Positions 61,077 through 64,000 of a DNA stretch of 64,000 bases are shown here, piece by piece (within the stretch, counting starts at the first letter, position 1; the number at the start of each line of letters is the position of its first letter). A program made the position numbers and the translations under genes. This DNA comes from Gemmatimonadota bacterium (lineage in GTDB: Bacteria; Gemmatimonadota; Gemmatimonadetes; Gemmatimonadales; GWC2-71-9), in contig JAZDCY010000011.1 of NCBI GenBank assembly GCA_036679645.1, forward strand, positions 32,001-96,000, in the 5' to 3' direction. The notes beneath the pieces were generated by a model. It worked only from the letters and a program-made list of their open reading frames with translations, did no database searches and was not told the DNA's origin.

Positions 61077-61631
61077 TCACCATCCGAGTCGAAATCCTGC
61101 CGCGTAGAGCAGGCCGACCATCGACTTGGCATCCACGATCTCGCCGTCCCGAATCATCTTCATGATCTGGGACATCGGGAACGGCCGGACGTCGATCAGC
61201 TCATCGTGCTCCGGCCGGGCCTCTCCCATAGAGATGCCCCAGGCGAGGAAAAGGTGTATTCGCTCATCTGTGAACCCCGGGGTCGTGTAGATCGTCGTCA
61301 TATGCTCTACGTGTGATGCCACCCCTCCGGTTTCTTCCGCGAGCTCCCGCCGGGCGCAATCGACCGGATCCTCACCGGGCTCGAGCACGCCGGCGGGGAT
61401 CTCCCAGATCCTGCCGTCCGCGGCGTAGCGGAACTGATGGATCAGGAGCACCTGCGGGTCATCTCCCTTTGGGTCGGACAGGAGCGGGACCACCGCCGCC
61501 GCTCCGGCGTGCCGGATCATCTCCAGCTCCACCTCGATTCCATGCGGGAGCCGGACGGTATCCACGTCGAGCTTCACGATTTGTCCGTCATACGCGCGGC
61601 GGGTTGCCAGAACGGTCGCGTTGTCGGCCAA
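61077..61631 (-). CDS. NUDIX hydrolase (ADP-ribose pyrophosphatase-like)
   Basis: EIPAG...ARRELAEETG Nudix box; QFRY, PGFTDE; GGAGG RBS before TTG 61631. Confidence 0.88.
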   Translation of the reverse strand: MADNATVLATRRAYDGQIVKLDVDTVRLPHGIEVELEMIRHAGAAAVVPLLSDPKGDDPQVLLIHQFRYAADGRIWEIPAGVLEPGEDPVDCARRELAEETGGVASHVEHMTTIYTTPGFTDERIHLFLAWGISMGEARPEHDELIDVRPFPMSQIMKMIRDGEIVDAKSMVGLLYAAGFRLGW

Positions 61632-61651
61632 GGGGTCCTCCGAGAGGTGTG

Positions 61652-61819
61652 CTATGTCTGTCGCGAGAAGACCAGCAATACCTTGGTGGGTTCCAGCGCC
61701 ACCGACGAATGGAGATGCCACCCGGTGCGCTCGCGCTCGTTGAGCAGATCGGTCAGCGCATCTTCGTCCTCCCGGCTCGCCCCGGTCAGCTTGGTGATGA
61801 CGACCTGGTATTGATGCAT
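61652..61819 (-). CDS. 55-aa hypothetical protein
   Basis: Not in the ORF track; GGAG RBS; MHQYQVVITKLTGASREDEDALTDLLNERERTGWHLHSSVALEPTKVLLVFSRQT. Confidence 0.7.
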   Translation of the reverse strand: MHQYQVVITKLTGASREDEDALTDLLNERERTGWHLHSSVALEPTKVLLVFSRQT

Positions 61820-61828
61820 GGTCTCCGC

Positions 61829-62476
61829 TCAGAGTGTTCCGAACAACCGGTCGCCGGCGTCGCCCAATCCCGGGAGGATGTATCCCTTGTCGTTGAGTTC
61901 CCGGTCGAGGGCCGCGGCAAAGATGTGCACGTCGGGGTGCGCTTGCGCCATCCGCTCGACGCCTTCCGGTGCGGCGACGAGACAGAGAAAACGAACCCGG
62001 TTGGCACCCGCCGCCTTGAGGGCGGTTGCCGCCTGCACGGCGGAGCCTCCGGTCGCGAGCATCGGGTCGAGCACGAAGAACACGCGGTCTTCTTCGCTCC
62101 CCGGAATCTTGAAGTAGTAGTCGACCGGCTCGAGCGTGTCGTGGTCCCGGTAGAGGCCGATGTGTCCGACACGTGAGTTCGGGATGAGTTGCGTGATCCC
62201 ATCGACCATCCCGAGTCCCGCGCGCAGGATCGGCACCAGGGCGAGTTTCTTCCCGGCGACCTGTTTGCCGACCGTCATCTCGAGCGGGGTCTCGACCGAG
62301 ACATCCTCCAGGACGAGGTCCTTTGTGGCCTCGTAGGCCATGAGCATCGCGATCTCGTTGACGAGCGCCTTGAAGTCCCGCGTGGCGGTCGTCTTGTCCC
62401 GCAGCAGCGTCACCTTGTGCTGCACCAGCGGGTGATCGACGACGGTGAGGTTCCAGTGCGGCCCTTCGGATGTCAC
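61829..62476 (-). CDS. upp: Uracil phosphoribosyltransferase
   Basis: [34 protein letters not shown]. Confidence 0.96.
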   Translation of the reverse strand: MTSEGPHWNLTVVDHPLVQHKVTLLRDKTTATRDFKALVNEIAMLMAYEATKDLVLEDVSVETPLEMTVGKQVAGKKLALVPILRAGLGMVDGITQLIPNSRVGHIGLYRDHDTLEPVDYYFKIPGSEEDRVFFVLDPMLATGGSAVQAATALKAAGANRVRFLCLVAAPEGVERMAQAHPDVHIFAAALDRELNDKGYILPGLGDAGDRLFGTL

Positions 62477-63153
62477 CGACCCATTCCCGGCATCTCCTGC
62501 GGTGTCTCGGTTATCGAGGACGTGGCGTCGGTCCCGTGCCCGGCCAGCACGATCTCGCTGCCCTCGGCGCCGGTCATGACGACCTTGACCATGCCGAACG
62601 GGACATCGGGGCTCACCCACACGTCGGTCTGCGTACCGCCCTCGGCGGCGGGCCGGACGTGCAGGGCCCGGAACGTCCCGGCGGGTACCGTGACCTCTTC
62701 CCACCCGACGACCTCACCTTCGCCGCATCGCATTGCGGCATTCATCGAAGGATTCTCGGGCATCTGGCTACGCATCATCTGCATCATCTGTTCGGACATC
62801 CGCATGGCCGGTTGGCCGGCCATCTTCATCACCATCGCCTGGACGTCGCCGGTCGTGAACGGCCATGTGGGCACCAGCATCTGGACGACGGCCTCCCCCA
62901 TTGGCGTTTCCATCTTGGTTTCCATCCACCAGTGCTCGGCGCCGTTCACCGCTTCGGCGTTGACGATTGCCTGGCGAATGGATGTGGTGCCGCCCTGCAT
63001 CTGTCCCTGCACTCCGGCGCCGGAGATCTGGTATTCCGCCCAATAGCCGATGGCGACATCGGCCATCGCATTGCACACCTCCTGTGCACTCTGCGCTGGC
63101 AGGGCGCGCGCGACGGAAACGAGCAGCAACGTGGCCACGGTGGTGCGCAGCAT
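62473..63153 (-). CDS. Exported hypothetical protein
   Basis: Signal peptide; [10 protein letters not shown] and WVSPDVPFG motifs. Confidence 0.7.
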   Translation of the reverse strand: MLRTTVATLLLVSVARALPAQSAQEVCNAMADVAIGYWAEYQISGAGVQGQMQGGTTSIRQAIVNAEAVNGAEHWWMETKMETPMGEAVVQMLVPTWPFTTGDVQAMVMKMAGQPAMRMSEQMMQMMRSQMPENPSMNAAMRCGEGEVVGWEEVTVPAGTFRALHVRPAAEGGTQTDVWVSPDVPFGMVKVVMTGAEGSEIVLAGHGTDATSSITETPQEMPGMGR

Positions 63154-63244
63154 GAGTCCAGCTCCTGTGGAAGTCATGGGGTGAGTGAGCGAAAGGTGGC
63201 ATGCCGGCGTAACCGGCAAAAGGGGGTGGCCTCTGGCCGCGCGA

Positions 63245-64000
63245 TCAGCCGGCCGGTGTGGTAGACAGCAAGCTCGCCGCGGCCCGCCTGCCCGATACGA
63301 TGGCGCCGTCGATTCCTGGTTCATGGAAGGCCGCTCCGGCAAACTCGACGGGGCCCAGCGAGCTGAGCGCGTTGCGCGCGGCAGCGATGTGGTCTTGCGA
63401 TCCGTGCGGGGAATCGGGGAAGATCTCGGGCCAACGGGTCACCCAGGCCAGGATGGGTGCGGCCCGGATTCCCAGGGTCGGTTCCAGCAGGGCCGCTGCC
63501 TTCGCTTCCCACTCGGCGTCGGTGGTACTCGCAAGCTCGCCGCGCGCCGGGCGGATCACGGAGCGGAGCAGTACCGTCCCGAGCGGTGCGCGTGCGGGAA
63601 AATGTGAACTGGTGAAGGTGCACGACTGCAAGCCGGCGCCGGAGCGTCCCAGTGGGACGGTGAACCCCGACGCGTCCAAGGGATGTGCTACGTCGTCGCG
63701 GCGGAATGCGAGCGACACGACGACCACGGACCGCGCCGAGAGTCGGGTGAGATGACGCGCCGCCTCCGGGTGGACCGGGTGCACGAGCCAGGCGGCGGCC
63801 TTGGGAGGGAATACCCGCCAGCCCGAATCGTGCGCCAGCGCCACCGCGCCGTTCCCACTGCGCAGATCGACACGGTCGCCCAGGGCGTCGGCCGCGGCGT
63901 GGACGAGTGCCTCCATGCCACACGCCAGCGTGTTTGGCACAGTATCGTGCGACGCGTCCGGGTGCGGGACGCCGAGGAGCGCAGCGGAGCCGCCCGCGGT
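63245..64000 (-). CDS. Protoporphyrinogen/coproporphyrinogen oxidase-like protein (HemY/HemG), 5' end outside window
   Basis: GMEALV, HPLDASGF, CTFTSSHFPARAP, RWP, GIDGAIVSGRRAA. Confidence 0.7.
   Translation of the reverse strand, partial: TAGGSAALLGVPHPDASHDTVPNTLACGMEALVHAAADALGDRVDLRSGNGAVALAHDSGWRVFPPKAAAWLVHPVHPEAARHLTRLSARSVVVVSLAFRRDDVAHPLDASGFTVPLGRSGAGLQSCTFTSSHFPARAPLGTVLLRSVIRPARGELASTTDAEWEAKAAALLEPTLGIRAAPILAWVTRWPEIFPDSPHGSQDHIAAARNALSSLGPVEFAGAAFHEPGIDGAIVSGRRAAASLLSTTPAG

Overview
High-GC bacterial chromosome segment, most likely Gemmatimonadota (inferred from gene content and order). It spans the replication origin region (rnpB, dnaN-oriC-dnaA, rpmH-rnpA-yidD-yidC-mnmE) and housekeeping genes (polA, mutS, holA, ddl, queD, upp, rnd, thiC with a TPP riboswitch, tnaA, pepE, partial korA and hemY/hemG). 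The one clear accessory block (about 2.95-12.2 kb) is a defence-type island. It holds a minus-strand operon (small GIY-YIG nuclease, half-size HsdS-like protein, HsdM, HsdS, HsdR, YgjP/M48 protein) and a divergent class II Fic-wHTH gene. The operon leader carries a candidate cis-antisense sRNA resembling ptaRNA1, which suggests a type I toxin-antitoxin-like nuclease module joined to the type I RM operon. A second notable locus is a pair of Rieske-domain fusion enzymes (glutamate-synthase-like FMN protein and TPP enzyme) of unknown pathway. No CRISPR array, tRNA, rRNA, integrase or transposase was seen. All family calls come from motif recognition; no database searches were run.
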